From NCBI GenBank assembly GCA_051313645.2, contig JBNRSN020000012.1, positions 81,282,001-81,346,000 of the forward strand: a DNA stretch of 64,000 nt, read 5' to 3'. The stretch's first letter is position 1. Each line of letters begins with the position of its first letter. Below, in pieces: positions 12,810-25,513 of this stretch. The notes below the pieces were generated by a model. The model saw only the letters and a list, made by a program, of their open reading frames with translations. It was not told where the DNA came from and did not search any database. Made by a program: the position numbers and the translations under genes. The stretch comes from Centroscyllium fabricii. Its lineage: Eukaryota.

Positions 12810-15800
12810 ATGCAGAGCAGCACAGTTAAACCTGAGAAGCTGGACATCAGTCCCCAGGACCCTGCCACTGCTGCTACCTACGAACACTGGTTCGGCCTCC
12901 TGGAGGCCTACATGGACGCCGCCAAGGCTACATCAGACAGGGACAAGCTGCATGTCCTATGATCAAGGATCACCAGCAGGGTATTCACCCTCATCAGGAA
13001 CACCTCAACCTACGTAGCGACTGTACAAATTCTGAAGAAATGTTACGAGCGCCCGGTCCATTCAGTCTACGCCCGACATGTGCTGGTGACCAGATCTCAG
13101 CTACCGGGTGAGTCCAATGAGGAGTTCGAGCAAGCGCTCCTGGCCCTGGTACGGGCCTGTGGCTGCAAAGGCACAACAGTTGAAGAGGAGGAAGAACTCC
13201 TCGTTCGGGACGCTTATGTTACAGGACTGAGGTGTGTGGAAGCCCGCCAGCGGCTACTAGAGAAAGACGAATTATCCCTCGAGGAGACGACTAAGATAGC
13301 CAAATCAGTAGAGGGGGCCCGAAGCAAGTTACAGGCGTACAGCGGCACTAACCCGCAAGCCTACAACATATGGGCCGCACCACAACAGGCCCAGGCCTGG
13401 GCGCCACGGGCCGAGGCCCCCACGATGGCCGCGACGGCCACTAAAGACACTAAAGACAAACGCTGCTACTTCTGCAGCCAGGGACTGCACCCTAGAGCGA
13501 AATGCCCAGCCAGGACAGCGACCTGCGAGAAATGTGCGAAGAAGGGACACTACGCTAAAGCCTGCAGATCAGCTCCAGCAGCGCCCAACTCAAGGTACAA
13601 CAGTGCAGCCTGTGAGAGCACCGACAGACACCAGGTAAGCTGCAATAGCAGCGCGATCCAGCGACGGTACGGGGGTAGACAACAAGCGCCCCCATCCCCC
13701 ACCCCGATGCGGCAAAGGACGGCCAAGCGCGACCCCCCAACGCGGCCGGCTGTGTGCGAATCACGGGCACCGCCAACCCGACCACCGCGGCCTGCTGCAT
13801 GCGAATCATGGGCACTGCCAACCCGATCACCGCGGTCCGCTGCGTGCGAATCACGGGCGCTGCCAGCGCGTTCACAGGGCCCCACCGTGTGCATCCCCTC
13901 GGAAACGCCATTTTGTAACCAGAGCCCCTCCATGTGCGAGCCAGGGGCGATGCCATCTTGTATCCAGGGCCCCTCCATGTGCGAGCCAGGGGCGCCGCCA
14001 TCTTGTGCACAGCCCCGATCAGCAGGGGCTGCGGCAGCCAGAATCAGAGTTAGCCAGGGCAGGCCCCATACCCTGTCTAACTCCATAATGCCGATTACCA
14101 TTAATAATCATACTGTCGACTGCCTTTTCGAAACAGGCAGCACTGAGAGTTTCGTTCACCTTGATACAGTGCGGCGCTGCGGACTGCAGGTCCTGCCCAC
14201 CAACTACCTAGTCTCCCTAGCTTCACAGTCCCACACCGCGGACGTCACCGGCTACTGCTCCGTCACGCTCACCGTCAAGGGGCGCGTGTACCGTAATTTT
14301 AAATTGTATACCCTCAAACAGCTGTGTGCCCCAGCCTTACTAGGTTTGGATTTCCAGTGCCACTTCAGGAGCGTGACAATGGAGTTCGGCGGGACCTTAC
14401 CCCCCCTCACCGTCAGTAGCCGGGACAATCTCCCCCCAAAGCGGAGCCCGGCCTGCGGCCTCTCCACCCTGAGAATCGACCCCCCCTCGCTGTTCGCCAA
14501 CCTCGATCCGAAGTGCAAACCCATTGCCACTAAGAGTCGGCGGTACAGTGAGGGGGATCGCACGTTTATCAGGTCGGAGGTCGGGCGGATGCTGAAGGAG
14601 GGGATAATTGAAGCCAGCACCAGCCCCTGGCGCGCCCAAGTTGTAGTGGTGAAGTCTGGCGAAAAACAGCGGCTGGTTATCGATTACAGCCAGACTATCA
14701 ACCGCTACACCGGGCTCGACGCCTACCCCCTCCCCCGCATCTCGGAAATGGTCAATCAGATCGCCCAGTACAAGGTGTTCTCTACGATCGACCTTAAATC
14801 GGCGTATCATCAGCTCCCGATTCGGAAAGCCGACCGCCCCTACACCGCCTTCAAGGCGAACGGTCGGCTCTACCACTTCCTCCGGGTCCCCTTTGGCGTG
14901 ACCAACGGAGTGTCAGTGTTCCAACGGGAGATGGACCGTATGGTTGACCAAAACGACTTGCAGGCCACTTTCCCTTACCTGGACAACGTGACCATCTGCG
15001 GCCACGACCAGCAGGACCACGATGCCAATCTGGCCAAATTCCTCAACACGGCGGACAAGCTGGACCTTACGTATAACAAGGACAAATGTGTCTTTAATAC
15101 AGCCCCGCTTGCCATCCTCGGATACGTGGTGGAGAACGGGCTCCTCGGCCCTGACCCACAGCGTATGCGCCCCTTACAGGAACTGCCCCTACCTCACAAC
15201 CCCAAAGCTTGAGGAGATGCCTAGGATTTTTCTCCTATTATGCACAATGGGTCCCACAGTTCGCAGATAAGGCTAGACCACTCCTCAAGGCTGCCGTCTT
15301 CCCCCTTTCTGTAGAAGCCCAAACGGCATTCGCAAGGATAAAGGAAGATATTATCAAGGCGACCATGCTCGCTGTTGATGAATCCATCCCTTTCCAGGTG
15401 GAGAGCGACGCTTCGGACTTTGCCCTTGCTGCCACCCTGAATCAGGCAGGCAGGCCCGTATCGTTTTTCTCCCGCACCTTACAGGGACCCGAAACTCGCC
15501 ACTCAGCAGTGGAAAAGGAGGCCCAGGCCATCGTGGAGGCCGTGCGCTACTGGCGTCATTACCTGGCCGGTAAGCGTTTTACCCTGCTCACCGACCAACG
15601 GTTGGTCGCGTTTATGTTTAACAATAAACAACGGGGTAAAATCAAGAATGATGAGATCCTGCGGTGGCGGATCGAACTCTCGACTTACGAGTACGACATT
15701 CTTTACCGACCAGGCAAACTCAACGAACCCCCGGATGCACTGTCCAGGGGACCCAGTGCCCAGCTAGACCGGCTGAAGGACCTCCACGACCGCCTCTGCC

Positions 15801-16918
15801 ACCCGGGTGTCACCAGACTCGCCCATTTCGTTAAATCCCGTAGCCTCCCCTACTCCATCACGGAGATCAAGGCTATGACCCGAGAGTGCCCTGTCTGCGC
15901 CGAGTGCAAACCCCATTTTTTCCGGCCAGACACAGCGCACCTCATTAAGGCCACCCGCCCCTTTGAACGTCTCAGCGTGGACTTCAAAGGCCCCCTCCCT
16001 TCCACCGACCGCAACTCATACTTCCTCACGGTAGTCGATGAGTTCTCCCGCTTCCCCTTCGCCTTCCCCTGCCCAGACATGACGAGCGCAACGGTGATCA
16101 AACACTTCACCACGCTGTTCGCCATTTTCGGTCTCCCCAGCTACATCCATAGCGACTGGGGGTCATCGTTCATGAGCGATGAACTGCGCCAGTTTCTGCT
16201 CCAGAGAGGGGTTGCCACGAGCAGAACGACCAGTTATAACCCCCGGGGGAACGGCCAGGTAGAAAGGGAGAATGGGATTATCTGGAAGGCGGTCACCCTG
16301 GCTCTCAAGTCCAGAGGCCTTCCAGTGTCCCATTGGCAGGCAGTCCTCCCAGACGCACTGCGCTCTATTCGCACTCTGTTATGTACTGCCACTAACGCCA
16401 CCCCGCACGATCTGATTTTCTCTTTTAACAGGAGGTCGACTTCGGGGACAGCTCTCCCTCCATGGCTGACGACTCCGGGGCCGGTTTTGCTTAGAAGGCA
16501 CGTCCGGAGCCACAAGACAGACCCCCTGGTGGACAAGGTACAGCTCCTACACGCGAACCCGCACTACGCCTTCGTGCGGTTCCCGGACGGGCATGAGGAC
16601 ACCGTGTCCATCAGGGACCTCGCTCCCGCAGGAAGCACCACCGCAGAGCCCCCGGCCGGCCAGCAGGTCGATCAACCACCAGACGCACGATGGCCCCCGA
16701 GTTTCCCCGACTATGACCCGGACGGCGGGGACCAGCCGAGCCCACCGCCACCTGAAGTCACAGCGCCGGCAGATGCGGGCTATTCGACCCAGGAGGCACC
16801 ACCACCAACACCGGAGCACCGGCGGTCCTCCAGGCAGACACGACCGCCGGACAGACTTATCGTGAACTGTTCGACCCATTCACCCCCCCCGGACTCAAAG
16901 TTTTTAAGAAGGGGTGAA
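12810..16918 (+). pseudogene. gag-pol polyprotein of Gypsy A1
   Basis: ATG at 12810, premature TGA at 12960, frameshift near 15209. Double zinc knuckle CYFCSQGLHPRAKC...CEKCAKKGHYAKAC; protease FETGS (FDTG in sister copies); RT PFGVTNG/YLDN; RNase H SDASD; integrase HHCC and SVDFKGP...NGQVER. Confidence 0.92.
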
Positions 16919-17197
16919 TGTGGTAACCATTCTACCATACCACTGTACCATTATGGCTAATGATGGGCTGTGTAGATGTTCGGCACATCCCTGTATACTG
17001 TGACACTGTTGGTAGCCAGGTCAGCCACACCTCCAACTCCTCCCCCAGGTGAGGCCCCGTTATAGGTGGGATCTGACCGAGGCTCCTTCATTCCTGTACT
17101 GTAGTTCGTCTGGAGAGTAGCTCCATTCTTAGCAATTAAAAGCCTTTAGTTTCGGTAACTACGCGTCGACTCTTTTAATCGAAGATATTGACGATAC

Positions 17198-18379
17198 ATA
17201 GAACATAGAACATAGAACATACAGCACTGTACAGGCCCTTGGGCCCTCAATGTAGTGCCGCCCTTAGTCCATCTCTGATTTTTCCCTTCCCCCCTACTGT
17301 TCCTTCCCCTCCATGTACCTGTCTATCATCCTTTTAAAAGCACCCAGACTGTCCGCATCCACTATTTCAGATGGTAGCCTATTCCATTCCCCTACCACTC
17401 TCTGTGTAAAGAACCTGCCCCTGCCATCCCTTCTGAATCTTCCTCCTTGAATCTTGTGCTCGTGTCCTCTTGTTGACGTTCTTCCCGCCCGGGGAAACAG
17501 TCTTTGCACGTTTACTCTATCGATCCCCTTCATCATTTTAAACATCTCTATCAAGTCCCCTCTCTTCCTTCTCCGTTCCAGGGAGAAGAGTCCCAGCTCC
17601 CTCAACCTCTCCTCGTATGACCTTCCTCCCATTCCCGGCAGCATCCTGGTGAATCTCCTCTGCACCCTCTCCAGCGCCTCCACATCTCTCCTGTAGTACG
17701 GTGCCCAGAACTGCACACAGTACTCCAAGTGTGGTCTCACCAGTGACCTGTACAGCTGTAGCATGACCTCCCGGTTCCTAAACTCTATTCCCCTGTTGAT
17801 GAAGGCCAATACCCCATAGGCCTTTTTCACTGCTTTGTCCACCTGGGTGGCAGCCTTCAGTGATCTGTGTACATATACTCCCAGATCCCTTTGCTCCTCT
17901 GCTTCACTCAGGATTCTGCCATTGACCCTATATTCCCTCTTCCTATTTGCCCTGCCGAAGTGCATCACCTCGCATTTCCCCATGTTGAACTCCATCTGCC
18001 ATTCTTCAGCCCAGCTCTGCATCCTGTCTATATCCCTCTGAATCTTTCTACCTCCTTCCTCCTCATCCACTTCTCCCCCTATCTTTGTGTCGTCCGCAAA
18101 CTTGCTGACCCACCCCTCAGTCCCCTCCTCCAAGTCATTGATGAAGATTACAAACAGTAGTGGCCCCAACACCGACCCCTGTGGTACCCCACTGGTGACC
18201 GGTCTCCAGCCCGAGTATTGGCCATCTACCACTACCCTCTGCTTCCTTTGAGCCAGCCAGTTCTCAATCCATCCCACCACTTTGTTGCTTACCCCGCATC
18301 TCCTTACTTTCCTCATAAGTCGATCGTGCGGGACCTTGTCGAACGCCTTGCTGAAGTCCATATATATGACATCAACCGC
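17198..18379 (-). mobile_element. CR1 LINE 3' fragment of a distinct subfamily with an uninterrupted frame
   Basis: ORF 17294-18361: [11 protein letters not shown]...[10 protein letters not shown]...KFADDTK; (catagaa)n tail at the left end. Confidence 0.95.
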
Positions 18380-19456
18380 GTCAGCTGGTTAAGGCAATAA
18401 ATGGCATGCAGACCAGAATGGCTACAGATTCCAGTCTGAACTGAGTAAGCTAACATCAGCTGGGTGAACAGTAAATATTGACCTCAGTGCTCTGGCTTAG
18501 AGAGTGGAAAATCAGTGAAGGTTCCTGATCAGTATCCAGCAACATTTCCTGAAAGCATGCATGTGTGGGTCTCAGATAAAGATTTGGGGTCGGTTATACT
18601 TTAACAAATAAAATTACTTCCCTTCCCACTCATTCATACTCAGGCCTCACTTTTGCCGGGAACTTTGTCTTATATTTGATGACTGACTAAACACTACATT
18701 GTTAAATGATACTTAGGTTGTTACAAATTATTTTTTGCTTTTCATAATACAAAACAAATAATATCCTATTAAACTGCTCTTCCATTTAGCAAGCTATTAA
18801 CAAAGAAAGGAAGAACTTGCATTTATATTGCAACTGAGCATATTGATAATATTATTGCTATTCTCAATAAAAGTGAAAGAATTTCAATTACACGATCAGA
18901 ACACAGAAGTAGGCATTATAGTCCTATTTAGTTCTATGAAGAAAACTTTGATCAATATACACGGTATAAGACTTGCACAGTTCCATTAATAACTTAAACA
19001 TTGTATTGGAATTCTGCTCTGCAATGTGCTTCTCAGGCAGTTTTATTCACATAAAAGCTCGATTGAAACCTTTGTTGGCATAGAGGCTACATTACAATTT
19101 GCTCCGAATGGTGGTTCACCTGACCTTGCAGATGGCTAACAGTAAGTGCTTTACATGGGATCATCAGACATTCGGGAAGTTATCCAAATTGTTCTCTGCC
19201 AGATTGTAAATTGCTTGGAGGCTCTGCAAATCAGAGTACAATAAGGCTTCAATAGGCACTGTGCCTGTGGTGGTGCATCTTGAAACAATACAGATCATCT
19301 GAAGTGACAAGAGATAATTCCACAATCCAGCAAGAGAGCTGAAGGTCTTTGTAACATGAAGCAGAACTATCAGAAAAGGACCACCTCTAGTCTCTCAGTG
19401 TGGAATTGGATGTGTCTGCCCCTCCTCTATCTGCACTATCAATGTTCACACACAAT

Positions 19457-20101
19457 GGCCCAGAAATTCGGGTCCCAACGCGTGAGTACACATGGAGTAC
19501 TCACGCGTAGGCCCAACGAAAGTGTCGGTTTTGTGCATGCACTGTGCATGTGCGGGAAACTAGAACTTCCATTCCCCTGAACGAACTGGTTAGAGGTGGA
19601 ACGCGTGCGCGGCAGAGGCAGCGCGTGCGCATTGAACTTACTTTTTTTTAACAGGTTTTTCCATGCGGGTAAGTCTGCAGATTTTACACTCGTAAAAAGC
19701 AGGCGTAAGGTCTGCTTTTAACAAGGTAAGTGGTGAATTAATTAAAATTAAAACATTTTTCATGTAATTTATAGTTATTTTAAAAATGTGATTTAAAAAA
19801 AATTAGTTGAAGTTTTAGTGATGTTTTGGGGCTTATAGTATACATAGTTTTGACAGCTCTTCCTGTCAAACCTATGAATGAAGCATTCTCTGCTCTCATT
19901 GGCTCTCCGTGGCCCACGTGATCCCAGGGGATGCATCGCACTAACTGCGCCGTTGGGATACGCAAGTACTGCGCGCCGGCAGTTGGAGGAGGCCCAGGAT
20001 CGCAATTCCATGCGGGCCCACAGCACAATGGCTGGCGCGCAAGGTAAGTGCAGGTCGGAGGCTTGCACCCGCGGGAAGCCACCGACCTGAATTTCTGGGC
20101 C
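19457..20101. mobile_element. Harbinger-type MITE
   Basis: TIRs ggcccagaaattcgggtc / gacctgaatttctgggcc, flanked by aat and att; GC-rich arms around an AT-rich core. Confidence 0.8.
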
Positions 20102-21153
20102 ATTAAATACAACCAACTGTGTGAACGCGGAGAAGGAATCCATGGACCTCACAAGTAGTAACATTAAATGCAACAAATAAAGTGCATCACCTCAGCTATT
20201 TGCCTCACTAAATGCAACTGCACTAAATAATGTTCTGTGGAATTTTTATTGCTCTGTAATTATTTGTTATAGCTCATCATCATAACCTGACTGAACATAA
20301 ATGCCAATCAGATTTCCATTATGCTCTTTCCTTTGCCAGTCATCTGCCAGTTGTCATTCTTCCAGTCAGGTCTTCCTGTACACAGTCCCACCATCTGAGC
20401 TTTGGTCCCTCAGAAACTGCCATAGAAATTACAACATGGAAACAGGCTGTTCCTACAAACACAAGGACGTCTGGTGAAAGAAAAAAGTTCCTTTTGCTCA
20501 TCAACACTAACACACAGGCCCCGATGTTTACTCGGAGCCAGGAAGAGGGTAGGGGTGGGGGACTTACAGCTGGAAAACCTGGAAGTAAGGATTTCCCGCA
20601 CATCCTGCCAAATCTAACAGCTGGACATCTTTTAAGTGTTTAAAACTGGTTTCCCACCTGACAGCCAGCCTGATTGGCAGGGCAGGAATACAGTTAAAAT
20701 AGAAGCTTGCGGCCTCCTTAAAAGATTTTATTGACCAACCTGCCTCCTCAGAGTGGGTTGGTCATCCCACAACCCGCCTCAGTCAAACCAGAAGTGGGCG
20801 GGTTGGAGACGGGTTGGGGTTGAGTTTGAGAATTTGTTAATTATTAACATCCCGCCTGTCCCAACCCACCTGTCCTTGGGAGTTAAAATTCCCCCCAAGT
20901 AATCAAGTATGTTTACTGTACTCCACTCCCTACTTCAAGGAACACAACATTACTTCCCTTACTTTCCCTGAAAATAAATCCAATAATGCTGTTCAAATCT
21001 TTAATACCTTCAATCTCCCTTTAGAACACAATTTAATCCTGCTCCCTTTTAAATATGCTGATTGACCTGGCACCCTCACTGGGACTCTGTTCCACATCTG
21101 CACTATTCTGTAAGAAAGGTTTTCTCTCATCTTTAATTTTGCCTGAGCCTAAT

Positions 21154-22019
21154 GGGCCATGTTTTCCTGTGGCCCGATTGCTGCGGGTACGCGCTGACGT
21201 GCACCCGCGGCGCACGCGCACGTAATTATTTTTTTTTCTGTCACGTGAACTTCCTGTGCAAAAAGCCGGGTTTTTTTCGTGCGGAGGGGTCGTGTTTTTT
21301 TTGGTGCGGTGTGCAAGCCACGCCCACTGAGGTCGGCTTTCCCCCCGCACAAAGCACAGAATCGGCCTGAGGATGAAGAAGATCGGGTAGGGAAGCACCT
21401 TTTTTTTGGTTTTTTTCAGTTTCTAGGAAGCTGGTTTTTTTAAGTTTCTGCCTTTTTCTGCTGTTAGGGTTTTTTTTTGCTCCAGTGAAAAAAACACGTT
21501 TAAAGTTAAAAAAAATTTTATTCCTTTGGAGATATTTGTCTGTGGTCTTTCAGCTTGTAAATGGGTAGGGTTTTATATCTTTTGGTGAAAGTGAAAAAAA
21601 AACGGGATTTGAACGCTGTGATGTTCAAATCCCGTTTTTTTTTCACTTTCACCAAAAGATATAAAACCCTACCCATTTACAAGCTGAAAGACCACAGACA
21701 AATATCTCCAAAGGAATCAATTTTTTTTAAACTTTAAACGTGTTTTTTTCACTTCTCAAAGCTGCCTGCAGCCTCTTAAGACTGCTTTTTATATGTGCAG
21801 CAAAAGAGAGACTTCCCCACGTGATACACCCGCATTTTGAGCAGCTGCCTACAGGAAGTCTGCAGCTCAAAGTCTTCCTGGGTAGGAAGCTGAAGCCCCT
21901 TGCCCATCAGCACAGGAAGTTCACGTTTCTGGTAATCACCCGAGCTGCACCCCCACGAGGCATTTCTGACCCCCCTTCGTGGGGGTGCAGCTCTTCTGGA
22001 GCACAGGAAAACAGGGCCC
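21154..22019. mobile_element. Harbinger-type MITE with a long internal palindrome
   Basis: TIRs gggccatgttttcctgtg / cacaggaaaacagggccc; 3-bp TSD AAT at 21151-21153 and 22020-22022; sits inside an old CR1-like remnant. Confidence 0.85.
21484..21753. repeat. Near-perfect inverted repeat, arms about 130 bp, 8-nt spacer
   Basis: Centre aacgggatttgaac-gctgtgat-gttcaaatcccgtt; arms match out to agtgaaaaaaacacg / cgtgtttttttcact. Confidence 0.95.
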
Positions 22020-24506
22020 AATGAATTTAGTCTTGCATCCTCTAATCCTATCCTCATTATCCAGGATAAAAATCTTGCTTACTGCAACCTCATCGCTACC
22101 TTTCATTAATTTCAAGACTTGTACCAACTTTCTTCTCAGTCTTCATTTCTCTAGCAAATATAAGTTTGATCACTTGAGCTTTTCTTCATGACTTAGTCGC
22201 CTAAGTCAGGGGCATCTGAGGTTTTTGTCTTTTGCCCCGGTGCCACACACAAAGTTTAAACCAATGTTCCCATTAATTTGCATATATCTCAAGGTGCAGA
22301 TACCAACAGACTCTGGTGTTTTGATTTAGGATTTAATCAGCAATGCGGCAACAGTGCTAAAAATGGCCTTTTCCAAACCTCCAGGTCTGCAAAATACAAA
22401 CAGGACAAACGATCAAATACAAAATCTTAAGCTGTTCATCTAAACTCAGCTTGATTCCACTATATGTTCCATTCTTGTGCTGATTTAGATATTTAACACA
22501 GGGCATACTGTGCTTTGTTTTCCATTATGAGCACTATTAACTGCTGTCATGATGTTTTTGTTAGATTTCAGACCACAAATATTTGGCTATATTCGTCCTT
22601 CAGGTTTTTGCATTTCACAGCCTTCAGATATTTTCCCAACTTTATTTTTTAAAATTGAAATGTTGTTTGATGAAATTCGCTCTGTTGAAATAACATGAAT
22701 ACAATGTAGGTTAATTTAATCTGCAAAAATAAATGGGTTTGGGTCAGTTATGATGTTAATATGTTAAAAATGTAAAATCTGAATTCAAACTACATCAAAC
22801 CCGCCCACTTATGGTTTTAATGGAGGTGGGATGAGGTGCGGGCAGCCAATCTGCTCTCAATAGACGGGTCGGTCATTGAAACCTTTTAAGGAGGCTGTGC
22901 GCCTCCATTTATAAAAGCTTTCTATTTTTAACTCATGCTGGACGGGTTTCCCGGGCCTCGGCAAACCTGGCAAGTAAACGTGGCAAATGGGGATGGATTC
23001 ATCAGGTAAATGCTTTTACAGCACTGCTTGTGGACCAGGAGGAGCAGGAGTGTTTCCTCCAGGTTCAATAAGATCACCCTATAAACGCCAAACCCCGCCC
23101 CCCGTGATCTGTCCAGCCCCCCACCTCAACAATCCCCCACAGCAATCACCGACTCCCCCGATCTTCCCCAACCCCCAATGACCACTGAACCCCCACAATG
23201 CTTCCGCTCCCCCAGCTCCATGATATCTCAGCTCCGCCCCCCCCCACCCACCCATCTCTCCACCTCCCCACTGCAATCTCTCCCCACCACCACCACTAAA
23301 TCTACCTGCAGCCTTTTCCACTGGACAGGCAGCCTGTCACTCAATCAGGCTGGCTGTTGGGTGGGAAAACTGGCAAAAAAAATTCAAACACATCCTGGAG
23401 TTTAAACTCGGGGAAACCCTCACTTCTGGGTTTTCCGACCGTAACTCCTCCCCCCGCTTCAAGATCGCACCTCGATAAATATCGCAGCCAATCAATCTGT
23501 CAGTGCCAAAATATCAGTCTTCACCTGTAAAATTTTCTAGAAAGGTTATTTTTACCTTCTCCAGAACCTCTTCATTTTTTTCTCTGCTGCTGTAAAAAAT
23601 CAGCAATCAAAGCGACACTTCAATCACCGAATACACTCAGCAAATCATTAGTATGGACTGAGCTTCTGGGGAAGTTTTTAACACTCTCTTAGTTGTGATT
23701 TATAGCATGTGTGGAGTGTGAGGTCATTCACCCAGAAAATTGCAAATTGGCTTTGTTCAATCAACCTGTCACACCCACCAATTAGCTCATTTAATGTTTT
23801 GGTCACTGCCAACGAAAGCATAGGCCTCAATTTTAACTCCCCCCACCAGTGATAATGGTACGTGGGAGGGTTTCAATTAATTCAAGATGAGGCAGTTGAC
23901 TTACCAGCCTGACGTTGCTCCGTTCCCATCTGGCGCCATCTTATCTTCGCCCACTTTCAAGTCAGTCGAGGCCCCTGCTACAGGCCTAATGATGTCATTG
24001 GTGGTGCAATGTAATCTTAACTAAACATTAAGGCAGAGTCCAGTACTGCCTAAGCTCGACAGCAGAACCACAGTGGGAGGTGCTGACTGGCCAGAAGAGG
24101 CTATGGTAAGTGCTCCCCGCAGGCCCCGCAAGGAGTCTTTGGACCTCCTGAGCTCTGACCTCCCTCCCGATAGCTGTGGAATCCCACCCACAACCCCTGC
24201 AGTGCAATAGCCTCCAAATTCGTCTTCCCACTGATGAATGGTCCCCGACTGTGGCCTCCTGCCGGCAAATTCCCACTCCTCCCACCGGCCAGGCATTGGA
24301 TTTGGCTGGGTGCCGGGCGGGACTCTGGAAAATTTTAGGGGCGGCAGGACCTTCATGTCACTGAACTCTCTGGGTATGCCGCCTACTTCGGGGCTCGTGC
24401 ACACACTTCCTGCTGCCCCCCGCACTGCCCCCCCTGCTTTGATAATCGGGCCCATAATATCTGGGTTTCATATATATAACATCAACATCACAAGAATCTA
24501 TAATAA

Positions 24507-25513
24507 CATAGAAACATAGAAAAACAGGAGCAGGAGTAGGCCATTCGGCCCTTCGAGCCTGCTCCGTCATTCAATATGATCATGGCTGATCCTCTATCTC
24601 AATATCATATTCCTGCTCTCTCCCCATACCCCTTGATGCCTTTCCTGTCTAGAAATCTAACTATCTCCTTCTTAAATATATTCAGTGACTTGGCCTCCAC
24701 AACCTTCTGTGGTAGAAAATTCCACAGGTTCACCACCCTCTGAGGGAAGAAATGTCTCCTCATCTCAGTCCTAAATGTCCTACCCCGTATCCTGAGACTG
24801 TGACCCCTCTTTCTAGACACCCCAGCCAGGGGAAACATCCTCCCTGCATCCAGTCTATCTCGCCCTGTCAGAATTTTATACGTTTCAATGTGATCCCCTC
24901 TCATTCTTCTAAACTCGAGTGAATACAGGCCTAGTCGAGGCAATCTCTCCTCATACGACAGTCCTGCCATCCCAGGAATCAGTCTGGTGAACCTTCGCTG
25001 CACTCCCTCTATGGCAAGCATATCCTTTCTTAGATAAGGGGACCAAAACTGCACACAGTACTCCAGGTGTGGTCTCACCAAGGCCCTGTATAATTGTAGT
25101 AAGACATCTTTGCTCTTGTACTCAAATCCTCTTGCAATGAAGGCCAATATACCATTTGCCTTCCTATCTGCTTGCTGCACCTACATATTTGCTTTCAGTG
25201 ACTGGTGTACAAGGACACCCAGGTCTCTTTGTACATCAACATTTCCTAATCTATCACCATTTAAATAATACTCTGTCTTTCTGTTTTTCCTACCGAAGTG
25301 GATAACTTCACATTTATCCATGTTATACTGCACCTGCCATGTATTTGCCCACTCACTCAATTTGTCTAAATTGCCTTGAAGCGTCTTTGCACCCTCCTCA
25401 CAACTCACAATCCCACCTAGTTTTGTGTGATCAGCAAACTTAGAAATATTACATTTGGTTCCCTCATCCAAATCATTGATATATATTGTGAATAGCTGGG
25501 GCCCAAGCACTGA
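24507..25513 (-). mobile_element. CR1 LINE 3' fragment
   Basis: ORFs 25181-25552 and 24605-25180 carry [15 protein letters not shown] and LEYCVQFWSP; catagaaa tail. Confidence 0.93.

Larger units (their letters stand above)
12503..18383 (+). mobile_element. Gypsy family A copy 1, full length (5' LTR 12503-12785; 3' LTR 16919-17197 plus 18380-18383, split by a CR1)
   Basis: TG...CA LTRs; PPT aagaaggggtgaa; 5-bp TSD GCTGG at 12498-12502 and 18384-18388; gag-PR-RT-RH-IN order. Confidence 0.95.

Noticed and set aside
15205-15215. Programmed frameshift between ORFs 13080-15212 and 15209-16960
   Set aside because: Copies 2 and 3 read through in frame (aaagcctt); copy 1 has a 1-bp deletion.
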